From: Candidatus Moraniibacteriota bacterium
Lineage (GTDB): Bacteria; Patescibacteriota; Minisyncoccia; Moranbacterales; UBA2206
Assembly: GCA_049304095.1 (NCBI GenBank)
Contig: JBAQNU010000004.1
Coordinates: 8,594 to 72,593, forward strand
Length of the DNA stretch: 64,000 bases
Direction: 5' to 3'
Both the position numbers and the translations under genes were made by a program. Position 1 is the first letter of the stretch; the number at the start of each line of letters is the position of its first letter. Shown here piece after piece: positions 55,890 through 64,000 of the stretch. The notes beneath the pieces are model-generated. The model had not been told where the DNA came from and did not search any database. It worked only from the letters and a program-made list of their open reading frames with translations.

Positions 55890-56786
55890 TTATTTTTTAA
55901 TTTGTAAATTATAGCTAGTTACTAATAATGCCGACGCGATGAAAATCGATGAATAAGTTCCAAATGTTATGCCAACCAAAAGCGCCAGGGAAAAATATTT
56001 AATCGATTCTCCACCAAAAACATAGATGGCGAGTAGCGTGATAATCACCGTTAGCGAAGTGTTAATTGAACGCACCAAAGTTTCATTGAGACTGCGATTC
56101 ACAATTTCAGGAAATTTTTCTTTGGACGAACTGCGTTGCAGATTTTCGCGTGTGCGATCATAAACCACAATCGTATCATGCACCGAAAAACCCAAAATTG
56201 TGAGGAGCGCTGCCACAAACGGCACACCCACTTCTACTCCCCAAAAATGCCCCAAAACCGAAAAGGCGCCAACCGTTATGAGAACGTCATGCATAAGTGC
56301 AACTACCGCTCCAGCGCCATACTTCCAAGACGCGACCGGATGAGACACGCGCCGAAAAGCCCAAGCGATATAAGCCATAATACCAACAATTGCCCAAATA
56401 ATGGCCATAAGCGATTTGGTTTTGAGCTCTTGTGAAACCGAGGCATTGGCATAATCAGTGCGTAAATTTTGTGAGTCAGGATATTTTTCCGCTAAAGTAG
56501 CTGTCACTTTTTGATTAGTTTTATCATCCTCGGAAGCATAGCGAATAAGCACGGAATTATTGCCGGTTGATTGCAAAGTTAAACTCTTGAGGTTTAAATC
56601 TTTCAGCGAGGCTTCTAGCTCAGCATTTACTGGTAAAGTATTGGCAAATTTCACCTCCATCAAAGTTCCTCCGGTAAAATCAATCCCGTATTTTAGCCCC
56701 CAAGTAAAAAGCGCCATAACACTAAGCACTGTAAGTGTGATGGAAAAAATATAGGCGTATTTGGTTTTGGAAATAATATTGAACAT
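55890..56786 (-). CDS. secF: protein translocase subunit SecF
   Basis: GIDFTGGTLMEV and six TM helices, 298 aa. Confidence 0.9.
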   Translation of the reverse strand: MFNIISKTKYAYIFSITLTVLSVMALFTWGLKYGIDFTGGTLMEVKFANTLPVNAELEASLKDLNLKSLTLQSTGNNSVLIRYASEDDKTNQKVTATLAEKYPDSQNLRTDYANASVSQELKTKSLMAIIWAIVGIMAYIAWAFRRVSHPVASWKYGAGAVVALMHDVLITVGAFSVLGHFWGVEVGVPFVAALLTILGFSVHDTIVVYDRTRENLQRSSSKEKFPEIVNRSLNETLVRSINTSLTVIITLLAIYVFGGESIKYFSLALLVGITFGTYSSIFIASALLVTSYNLQIKK

Positions 56787-56792
56787 AGATTT

Positions 56793-58475
56793 TTATAATT
56801 CATTTTTCTTAGCCCCTATGAGCCACATCTTATCTTCAATCCACGGGCCCAGGATAAATCGCAAAATTGTTCGCGTAATCACAACCGCTGTAAACATTGA
56901 GGCAAGCACTCCAATGACGAGCGTGACAGCAAAACCTTTCACAAACCCTGTTCCCATTTCCACCAAAATTAGCGCCGTGATGATTGACGACATATTGCCA
57001 TCCAAAATGGAAGTCCAGGCACGCTTGAAACCCTCTTCAATCGCACTCAAAATATTGCGACCTTTCCGTACTTCCTCTTTAGTCCTCTCAAAAATCAAAA
57101 TGTTCGCATCAACTGCCATTCCGATTGAGAGTACAAACCCAGCAATGCCAGGAAGAGTTAAGGTAATCTGCCACGGGGTAAAACCAGATAGCTTGAAAAT
57201 TGAAATCATCAGTGCAGAATAGATCAAAAGTGAAAAAGATGCGATTAATCCCAAGAAACGATAATAGATAAGCATAAAAATGATCACCAAAATCAACCCA
57301 ATCATTCCCGCTTTCAAACTCTTTTCCAGGGAAACTTGCCCTAAAGTTGCTTCCACGGATTGCTGACCGACCAAACTGATTGGCACAGGAAGCGCTCCTT
57401 CATTAAGTCTTTTAACCAAAGTTTTCGCTTCTTCCACAGTATAGTTTCCAGTAACGACCGCTTCACCATTCAAAATTTCGCTCTGCACGGTTGGCGCGGT
57501 AATAATTTCTCCATCCAAATAAATTGCTACTCGTTTCCCAATATTTTTTTTAGTAATTTCTGCAAACAGTCTCGTTCCTTCATCATCAAATTTTAGTGAT
57601 ACTTCCGGCTCAGATAGTCCTTGACTCTTAAATTGGACCGATGCACTTTTTAGATTTTTGCCAGTCAGCCCAGTTTCCGCCCAAGTGATTTGCGGCTGAG
57701 GTTGGGCTGTTTTCATAATTAAAATGTGCGCGCTTTTGAATTCTTGCTCATCTCCTTCTCCACGAATTTCAATTTTTTTGACAATATGCCAACCAAATTG
57801 AGATTCCACTAATTTTGAATAAACTTCTCCATCTTTGAGGTTCGAATCAAAAATTGCCGCTTCATATTCCGGCACGAAAGAGCCTTTCTTTTGAAAATCA
57901 TACACCCCGCCGTTATCTTTTGATCCTGGATCTTGACTATTGTCCTTAGCTAGCTGGGCAAAGTCCGCACCAGCCAAAGCTTTTTTTAAAATATCTTCCG
58001 CCTTAGCCTTAGCATCTGCATTCATTTTATCCAATTGATCTTGGGGAATTTGTTCCGGAGTGGCTTGACTCTCTTCTTTGAATTCCAAAAATGGCGTCTC
58101 GCTGATCATTTTTTTGGCTTCATTGATATCTTTCACTCCAGCCAGCTCCACCACTAAGCGCTGTTCTCCGCCTGATTTCGTTGTGTAGACAACTGGTTCA
58201 GCCACACCGAAAGCGTTCACACGCCGTTCAATTACATCCTGCACTGCTTGCATCGCATCCCCAACTTGAGAACTTTCCACTTGGCTCGTGTCCGCCTTGT
58301 ACTCCAGATGAATTCCGCCTTGCAAATCCAATCCAAGATTGATTTTTGGCTTATTTAGGACAGAAAAAAGACTCGGTATTTTTTGAACCGCTTGGGGATA
58401 TGCAATAAGCCCGGCAACAACAGCCAAAACAATTACAAGGCTAAATTTAAGACGTAGCTTCTGTCTATTGCTCAT
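56793..58475 (-). CDS. secD: protein translocase subunit SecD
   Basis: LGLDLQGGIHLEY, a large periplasmic domain and a C-terminal 6-TM bundle. Confidence 0.9.
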   Translation of the reverse strand: MSNRQKLRLKFSLVIVLAVVAGLIAYPQAVQKIPSLFSVLNKPKINLGLDLQGGIHLEYKADTSQVESSQVGDAMQAVQDVIERRVNAFGVAEPVVYTTKSGGEQRLVVELAGVKDINEAKKMISETPFLEFKEESQATPEQIPQDQLDKMNADAKAKAEDILKKALAGADFAQLAKDNSQDPGSKDNGGVYDFQKKGSFVPEYEAAIFDSNLKDGEVYSKLVESQFGWHIVKKIEIRGEGDEQEFKSAHILIMKTAQPQPQITWAETGLTGKNLKSASVQFKSQGLSEPEVSLKFDDEGTRLFAEITKKNIGKRVAIYLDGEIITAPTVQSEILNGEAVVTGNYTVEEAKTLVKRLNEGALPVPISLVGQQSVEATLGQVSLEKSLKAGMIGLILVIIFMLIYYRFLGLIASFSLLIYSALMISIFKLSGFTPWQITLTLPGIAGFVLSIGMAVDANILIFERTKEEVRKGRNILSAIEEGFKRAWTSILDGNMSSIITALILVEMGTGFVKGFAVTLVIGVLASMFTAVVITRTILRFILGPWIEDKMWLIGAKKNEL

Positions 58476-58480
58476 AAATT

Positions 58481-58978
58481 CTATTCTACCTGAATCTGAG
58501 AGTTTGGCAAATGTGAGACCAAAAACCGATTGGCTTTTTCCAACACTTTTTTAGAATTAAGATTGGTCACGCGATTGTAAGCCTGAGAGTATTCCATCCA
58601 AATATAATTTCTGTGCTCGTGCGATAAAACGATCTCCAGCTTTTGTGTTTCAGCCAAATAATAGAGCACTTTTTTGAAAATCCACCAACCACGCCTAGCC
58701 TTTAATCGCTTTTCCTTCTCTTCTCTTTTGGCAATATAAAAATATTTCTCTTGTCCTAAAAAACCGGGGATGATTTTCAAATCAGTGAGCGCCGTCTCTT
58801 CGCTAGATTCTCGCCGTAGCGTTTCCTCATCACTCTCTGCATTTTCACTATGACCTTTCACAAAACCCCAATGTCCTCCAAGATATTGCAAAAGCAAGAA
58901 TTTAATTTTCTCGCCTTCTCGCCGGAAAACCACCGCGCCAATTGATTTTTCAAAACTTAGGATTTTATTCATTGTCAT
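58481..58978 (-). CDS. NUDIX hydrolase
   Basis: GHWGFVKGHSENAESDEETLRRESSEETAL, a degenerate NUDIX box. Confidence 0.6.
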   Translation of the reverse strand: MTMNKILSFEKSIGAVVFRREGEKIKFLLLQYLGGHWGFVKGHSENAESDEETLRRESSEETALTDLKIIPGFLGQEKYFYIAKREEKEKRLKARRGWWIFKKVLYYLAETQKLEIVLSHEHRNYIWMEYSQAYNRVTNLNSKKVLEKANRFLVSHLPNSQIQVE

Positions 58979-59451
58979 TTGAAATTATTCACTATTTCTA
59001 AATTATACTTCAGAATTCCCGGTGTTTTTTCACAACTAAACAAAAATCTTCCTCGGAATCTCTCCCCTGCTAAAAATAACGGGAGCCACAGCCTGTCATC
59101 CGGCCACATTTTGTCATATGGAATATGATCAATTTCAAACCATTGCGGTCTCATTTCATTTGTTTCCTTTGGCATTCCACTGAAATTTTGCGTATGAAAA
59201 ACATGCACCTCGAGAATTTCCGAATTGCCTTGAAATTCAAAATCCAGAACTCCTCTTTTTTCCAAATTCTCGACAATCACGCTTGATTCTTCCTGCATCT
59301 CTCTTCTTGCCGCTTGCTCTATTGTTTCTCCGAAGTCCAACTTTCCACCAAATCCATTCCATTTACCCGCGCCAAAGCCATATTTTTTCATCCCTAAAAG
59401 GATCTGATTATCTTTCCTTAACAGGCATAGGGTTAGAATCTTTTTGGCCAT
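58975..59451 (-). CDS. NUDIX hydrolase (MutT-like)
   Basis: GKWNGFGGKLDFGETIEQAARREMQEESS, a canonical GX5EX7REUXEEXGU box. Confidence 0.75.
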   Translation of the reverse strand: MAKKILTLCLLRKDNQILLGMKKYGFGAGKWNGFGGKLDFGETIEQAARREMQEESSVIVENLEKRGVLDFEFQGNSEILEVHVFHTQNFSGMPKETNEMRPQWFEIDHIPYDKMWPDDRLWLPLFLAGERFRGRFLFSCEKTPGILKYNLEIVNNFK

Positions 59452-59454
59452 CTT

Positions 59455-62094
59455 TTATTTCCCACAACACTTTTTATACTTTTTACCCGACCCGCATGGA
59501 CAAGGATTATTGCGACCAATTTTGTCATCATTAATAATTGGTTTTTGCTTAGGTGCTTCGCGAACTTCTCCGTCTTGAATTTCTCTCGCTGCTGAAAAAG
59601 ATTCCGCTTCTTGAGCACCGCTAAAATTGAGATTTTTTTCTGGCATGGCTGATTGAGACTGAACCACTGGAGTAGCGGACACTCGAAAAATTGTCCGCGC
59701 AATTGTTGATTTCACATTGCCCATTAAATAGGAAAACATTGAAAAGGCCTCCCGTTTATATTCCACCAATGGATCGCGCTGACCATAACCACGAAGACCA
59801 ATGCCTTCACGCAAATAATCAATCTCATCCAGGTGCGCCATCCACATCACATCAATAGTTTGTAGTGCAATATTTTTCTCCACCGCGCGCATATTCGCCT
59901 CACCAAATTCCAATTCTTTTTTATTATAGATTTCCTTGGCAATGCCGGCCAGATATTCCGTCACGCTACCGATAATCTCGGCCATATTTTTTACCTTATC
60001 CTCAGAAATTTCCTTAATTTTATTTTCTGCTTCTTGAGTAATTGGCATTATTTGCTTGACATTTTCGATGATTTTTTCGCTCTCCAAATTTCCCTCTTCT
60101 GCGGTGATGCTCGTTGACACGGCAGTTTCAATTTCTTCTCGAATATCTTCCAAAATTTCTGGTTTGAGATTGATTGCTTCCAAGGTCGCCCGCCTTTTTT
60201 TGTAGACCACTTCGCGTTGTTTATTCATCACATCGTCATAATCCAAGATGTGTTTGCGAATATCAAAATTAAAACCTTCAATTTTCGACTGCGCATTTTC
60301 GATTGTTTTGGAAATAATCCCATTTTGAATTGGCTGATCTTCAGGAAGGCCGAGTTTTGTCATGAGGCTAATTAGATTGTCCCCGCCAAAACGGCGCATC
60401 AATTCATCCTCCAGAGAAACAAAAAATTGAGAAGCGCCCGGGTCACCCTGGCGACCGGCGCGACCGCGCAGCTGGTTGTCAATGCGACGCGCTTCATGAC
60501 GTTCTGTGCCAAGAATAAATAGTCCGCCCAGCTCTCGCACGCCTTCACCGAGTTTTATGTCTGTTCCGCGTCCAGCCATGTTGGTGGCAATTGTGACTGA
60601 GCCAAAATGTCCGGCTTTGGCCACAATCTGCGCTTCACGCTCATGATTTTTAGCATTAAGCACTTCATGCGCTACGCCTGATTTCAAAAGGAGCATACTC
60701 AAATATTCTGACTTTTCCACCGCAACTGTTCCCACCAGAATCGGTTGCCCGGCGCCACCTACTTCTTTAATTTTTTCCACAATGGCATTGAACTTGCCTT
60801 TTTCTGATTTATACACGACATCTGGAATGTCTTTTCTGATTGCGGGTTTATTAGTGGGAATTTCAATCACATCCATTTTATACACCTTGAAAAATTCTTC
60901 CGCCGAGGTGCTAGCTGTTCCTGTCATACCGGAAATTTTCTTATACATGCGAAAATAGTTCTGAAATGTGATGGTGGCTAAAGTTTTGGATTCTTTTTGC
61001 ACGTGCACATGTTCTTTTGCTTCAATTGCTTGATGCAACCCTTCGCTATAGCGCCGTCCCGGCATGAGGCGTCCCGTGAAATCGTCCACAATAATCACCT
61101 CACCGTCCTTTACCACATAATCGCGGTCGAGTTGAAAAATCACTTGAGCTTTCAGGGCTTGTTCCAAATGATGCACATAGTTGATTTTTCCTGCTTCATA
61201 AATATTGCCCACACCCAGCCATGATTCAATTTTTCCAATGCCACTTTCTGTGATTGTGACGGTTTTGGTTTTTTCTTCCACCATATAATCCTCTTCTCTT
61301 TTTAGCCTAGGAATAAGCGCCGCAAATTGTTCATACATCTTAGTCGACTCGCTGTCCGGAGCAGAAATAATGAGCGGCGTTCGCGCTTCATCAATCAGAA
61401 TCGAATCCACTTCATCAACAATCACATAATTCAAATCGCGCTGAACCATATGCTCTAAGGTCGGCACCATATTGTCGCGCAAATAATCGAAACCAAATTC
61501 ATTATTTGTACCATAAGTAATGTCCGCCGCGTAAGCTTCACGACGTGAGATTGGCACCAAATTTTCCATTTCCACACTCACTTCATCGTCATCTTCAACT
61601 TTCGGCTGATACATATATGAAGCGTCGTGAATGATGCAAGCGGTCGAGATTCCCAAGAAATGTAAAATTCCACCCATCCAATTGCAGTCGCGTCTTGCCA
61701 AATAATCATTAACTGTCACCAGGTGCACGCCTTTTTCGGTGAGCGCATTAAGATACATCGGCAAAAGCGAGGTATGTGTTTTTCCTTCACCCGTTTTCAT
61801 CTCTGCAATTTTGCCTTGATGCAAAACGATTCCACCCATCATCTGAACGTCAAACAAGCGCTTTCCATCCACCCGCTTCACCGTTTCCCGCACAACCGCA
61901 AAGGCTTCCGGCAAAAGCTCGTCAAGCGCTTCTTTTTCGGCAATGCGTTTTTTGAATTCATCTGTTTTTGAGCGCAACTGATCGTCAGATAATTTGATCA
62001 TCTGTTCTTCCAGGGCGTTTATTTTTTCTACGATTGGTTCCAATTTTCCAATCTCCCGTTCATTCGAACCGAATATTTTTTTGAGAATTGACAT
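59455..62094 (-). CDS. secA: preprotein translocase ATPase SecA
   Basis: 879 aa with DEAD-like motor motifs and a C-terminal zinc finger CPCGSGKKYKKCCG. Confidence 0.95.
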   Translation of the reverse strand: MSILKKIFGSNEREIGKLEPIVEKINALEEQMIKLSDDQLRSKTDEFKKRIAEKEALDELLPEAFAVVRETVKRVDGKRLFDVQMMGGIVLHQGKIAEMKTGEGKTHTSLLPMYLNALTEKGVHLVTVNDYLARRDCNWMGGILHFLGISTACIIHDASYMYQPKVEDDDEVSVEMENLVPISRREAYAADITYGTNNEFGFDYLRDNMVPTLEHMVQRDLNYVIVDEVDSILIDEARTPLIISAPDSESTKMYEQFAALIPRLKREEDYMVEEKTKTVTITESGIGKIESWLGVGNIYEAGKINYVHHLEQALKAQVIFQLDRDYVVKDGEVIIVDDFTGRLMPGRRYSEGLHQAIEAKEHVHVQKESKTLATITFQNYFRMYKKISGMTGTASTSAEEFFKVYKMDVIEIPTNKPAIRKDIPDVVYKSEKGKFNAIVEKIKEVGGAGQPILVGTVAVEKSEYLSMLLLKSGVAHEVLNAKNHEREAQIVAKAGHFGSVTIATNMAGRGTDIKLGEGVRELGGLFILGTERHEARRIDNQLRGRAGRQGDPGASQFFVSLEDELMRRFGGDNLISLMTKLGLPEDQPIQNGIISKTIENAQSKIEGFNFDIRKHILDYDDVMNKQREVVYKKRRATLEAINLKPEILEDIREEIETAVSTSITAEEGNLESEKIIENVKQIMPITQEAENKIKEISEDKVKNMAEIIGSVTEYLAGIAKEIYNKKELEFGEANMRAVEKNIALQTIDVMWMAHLDEIDYLREGIGLRGYGQRDPLVEYKREAFSMFSYLMGNVKSTIARTIFRVSATPVVQSQSAMPEKNLNFSGAQEAESFSAAREIQDGEVREAPKQKPIINDDKIGRNNPCPCGSGKKYKKCCGK

Positions 62095-62099
62095 AAATA

Positions 62100-63311
62100 T
62101 TAACTAATTTTAAGTTTTCTAAACTCCCGCTTCCCCGCTTTCAGAATTTTTCCATTAAAGCTCTTGTCCAATTTTAACTGCCAATCACGCATTACGTCAT
62201 TATCCACCTTTATTCCGCCTTGGTCAACCTTGCGCCGAGCGTCAGCTTTACTAGTCGCTAATTTGTTTTTTACGAGCACATCAATCAAAAATTCCCCGGC
62301 AGAAACTTTAATTTCCAAAATATCTGCTGGCAATTCTTTTTTGGAGAAAACTTGCTCAAAATGCGCTTGGGCCTTTTTGGCCGCAGCTTCACCTTTGATA
62401 ATTTTCACGATTTCATAGGCCATTTTTTTCTTGAAAATCATTGGGTTTTCGCCTTTTTCCATTGCCAATTTCATTTTTTCAATTTCCTTCATAGAAACTG
62501 ATGTCAAAAGCTCAAAACCAACTAAAATATGCTTGTCAGAATAGGACATGGCTTTGCCAAACATATCCTGCGGACTGTCGGCCAGGTTGATTCCATTGCC
62601 TTTGGTTTTGCTCATTGTGCGACCGTCTGGCGCGTCCATCATTTTGTTGGTGCGCACAAATTTTTCCTTGCCTAGATAACTTTTGATGAGATCGCGTCCG
62701 ACCAGCATATTGAAAGTTTGATCGGTTCCACCAATTTCCATGTCCACCTCCATTGCCACCCCGTCATAGCCTTGCATCAAAGGATAGATAAATTCATGCA
62801 GGCGAATTGGGTCACCATCTTTCATTCGACGCTCAAACATATCCCGCTCCAGCATTCGTTGCACGGTAATAGTTGACATCAATTTTATGAGATCATTCAG
62901 TTTCAATTTGGAAAGCCACTTATAATTTCTCTCAAACCTCACGGGATTTTCTCCGCCAAAATCAATCAGTTGCGCAGCTTGTTTTTTCCAGCTAGACATA
63001 TTGTTTTCAATCTCCTCATCAGTGAGCATTTTTCTGGTCGTATCTTTGTCTGGGTCACCCACTTTCGCTGTGTAATCCCCAACCAAAAAAATCACCTCAT
63101 GTCCCAATTTTTGCAAAATTCCCAAAGCGCGAATGCCCATGGCATGACCCACATGCAGGTGTGGTCCAGTCGGATCAAAACCTTCATAAATTTTCAAGCG
63201 CTCTCCTGACATTAATTTTTTGCGAAAAGCATCTTTGGAAGGATAAATCGCTTCCACTCCCCGCTCCAAAAATTCATCGATTAGTTTTTTGTCTTTTAGT
63301 ACCTTTGGCAT
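62100..63311 (-). CDS. tyrS: tyrosyl-tRNA synthetase
   Basis: GFDPTGPHLHVGH (HIGH), LVGDYTAKVGDP, MSKTKGN and a C-terminal S4 domain. Confidence 0.9.
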   Translation of the reverse strand: MPKVLKDKKLIDEFLERGVEAIYPSKDAFRKKLMSGERLKIYEGFDPTGPHLHVGHAMGIRALGILQKLGHEVIFLVGDYTAKVGDPDKDTTRKMLTDEEIENNMSSWKKQAAQLIDFGGENPVRFERNYKWLSKLKLNDLIKLMSTITVQRMLERDMFERRMKDGDPIRLHEFIYPLMQGYDGVAMEVDMEIGGTDQTFNMLVGRDLIKSYLGKEKFVRTNKMMDAPDGRTMSKTKGNGINLADSPQDMFGKAMSYSDKHILVGFELLTSVSMKEIEKMKLAMEKGENPMIFKKKMAYEIVKIIKGEAAAKKAQAHFEQVFSKKELPADILEIKVSAGEFLIDVLVKNKLATSKADARRKVDQGGIKVDNDVMRDWQLKLDKSFNGKILKAGKREFRKLKIS

Positions 63312-63427
63312 AAATTTTAGCTAATATAAATTAGTTTCCCTGTGAACACGCTCTATTGCTCCAGGGCTTGTCCTCTCACTTTTTAGTCAATTGTATTATA
63401 GAAGAATGGGAGAATAAAATCAAACCA

Positions 63428-63459
63428 ACAAAAAACCGGCCTCATGACGTCAAGGTCGG
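63428..63459 (-). terminator. candidate terminator (palindrome around TGACGTCA followed by T-run) after the response regulator gene
   Basis: Minus strand reads ccgaccttgacgtcatgaggccgg then uuuuuuguugg. Confidence 0.35.
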
Positions 63460-63489
63460 ATAGAAAAAGCTTGATGCTTTCAGCGTTGT

Positions 63490-63861
63490 TTAATTTTTTG
63501 CTAATATTTTTTTTACTTTTTCCGCTAATTCCGTTGGTGTGATTTTCGTTTTTATAAAAAAAGAGCTCACGCCCATCTTTTCAATCCGCTTTTGCGTCGC
63601 ATCATCTACCGAAGCTGAAATTACTACAATCGGCATATTTTGCGTTTTTTGATCATTTTTCAACTTAGCAATCATTTCCTCACCTCCCATTGCCGGCATT
63701 ACAATGTCTGTTATGAGCAAATCAAAACCACCGTTCAGCGCTTCCTTGATTCCCCAAGCACCATTTTTTGCTACTGTCACCTCAAAACCGGCGCGCTTTA
63801 GGCTGTCGCTAAACATTTCCACAAAAATCTCTTCGTCTTCAATCAATAAAATCCGAGACAT
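63490..63861 (-). CDS. single-domain response regulator (CheY-like receiver)
   Basis: MSRILLIEDEE, phospho-acceptor D in LLITDIVMP, and K in the beta5 region, 123 aa. Confidence 0.85.
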   Translation of the reverse strand: MSRILLIEDEEIFVEMFSDSLKRAGFEVTVAKNGAWGIKEALNGGFDLLITDIVMPAMGGEEMIAKLKNDQKTQNMPIVVISASVDDATQKRIEKMGVSSFFIKTKITPTELAEKVKKILAKN

Positions 63862-64000
63862 AGGCTTTTTGTAAGTTGATTTAGTTTTCTCCTCTGGTTC
63901 AATTATAGACTATCCCAAAAAACCTCGCAAGTACTTGGATAGTTCAGCTATTTTAATCCGCTCCTGCACCATCGTATCACGATCTCTCACTGTCACCGCC

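Noticed and set aside
63436-63459. TGACGTCA perfect palindrome as a CRE-like regulatory site
   Set aside because: Simplest explanation is a terminator hairpin for the response regulator gene (T-run follows on the minus strand). Kept only as a low-confidence terminator.
1-64000. tRNA genes
   Set aside because: Scanned GC-rich intergenic patches for acceptor/T-arm signatures (GTTCGAATC-like) and found none. Cannot exclude without tRNAscan.

Overview
The window is AT-rich and almost entirely coding; no transposase, CRISPR array or tRNA was found. The compact, overlapping genes and many polytopic membrane proteins look like a small Patescibacteria/CPR-type genome, but that is inference only. Three blocks stand out. 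(1) Positions 1-18100 hold a cell-envelope glycan locus. It carries gmd, GT4 and GT2 glycosyltransferases, a Wzx-like flippase, a SAM methyltransferase and three GtrB-like polyprenyl-phosphate sugar synthases (GT2). Each GtrB-like gene sits next to a large GT-C-like membrane protein with a DD/DE motif after its first TM helix, and the block also has an SMR/GtrA-type small flippase. (2) Positions 18070-37200 are an accessory/envelope-stress region. It contains a HEPN/MNT toxin-antitoxin pair, an 836-aa secreted beta-helix lipase, an AlbA_2/Schlafen-type ATPase regulator next to a gene remnant and a duplicated promoter, an active HtrA beside a triad-dead HtrA paralogue, ferredoxin, a PrsA-like PPIase, an FtsB-like protein, lepA with an in-frame GC-rich palindromic insertion, and an MGMT-like protein. 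(3) Positions 37300-64000 hold a second envelope operon (murJ, DUF4012-like, two GT4, Wzz-like, GT4, WbaP-like sugar transferase) followed by housekeeping genes: an RNase P RNA (rnpB, absent from the ORF track), valS, pheT, pheS, secF, secD, two NUDIX genes, secA, tyrS and a CheY-like receiver. The most unusual signal is a five-copy, roughly 170-bp intergenic repeat. It has about 38-bp imperfect terminal inverted repeats and a conserved inner 13-bp hairpin (MITE-like). Every arm mismatch is an A/C on one strand, which is a G-U wobble on the other, so it may be a structured RNA element. Two copies bracket a two-gene cassette of hypothetical envelope proteins and one abuts rnpB.
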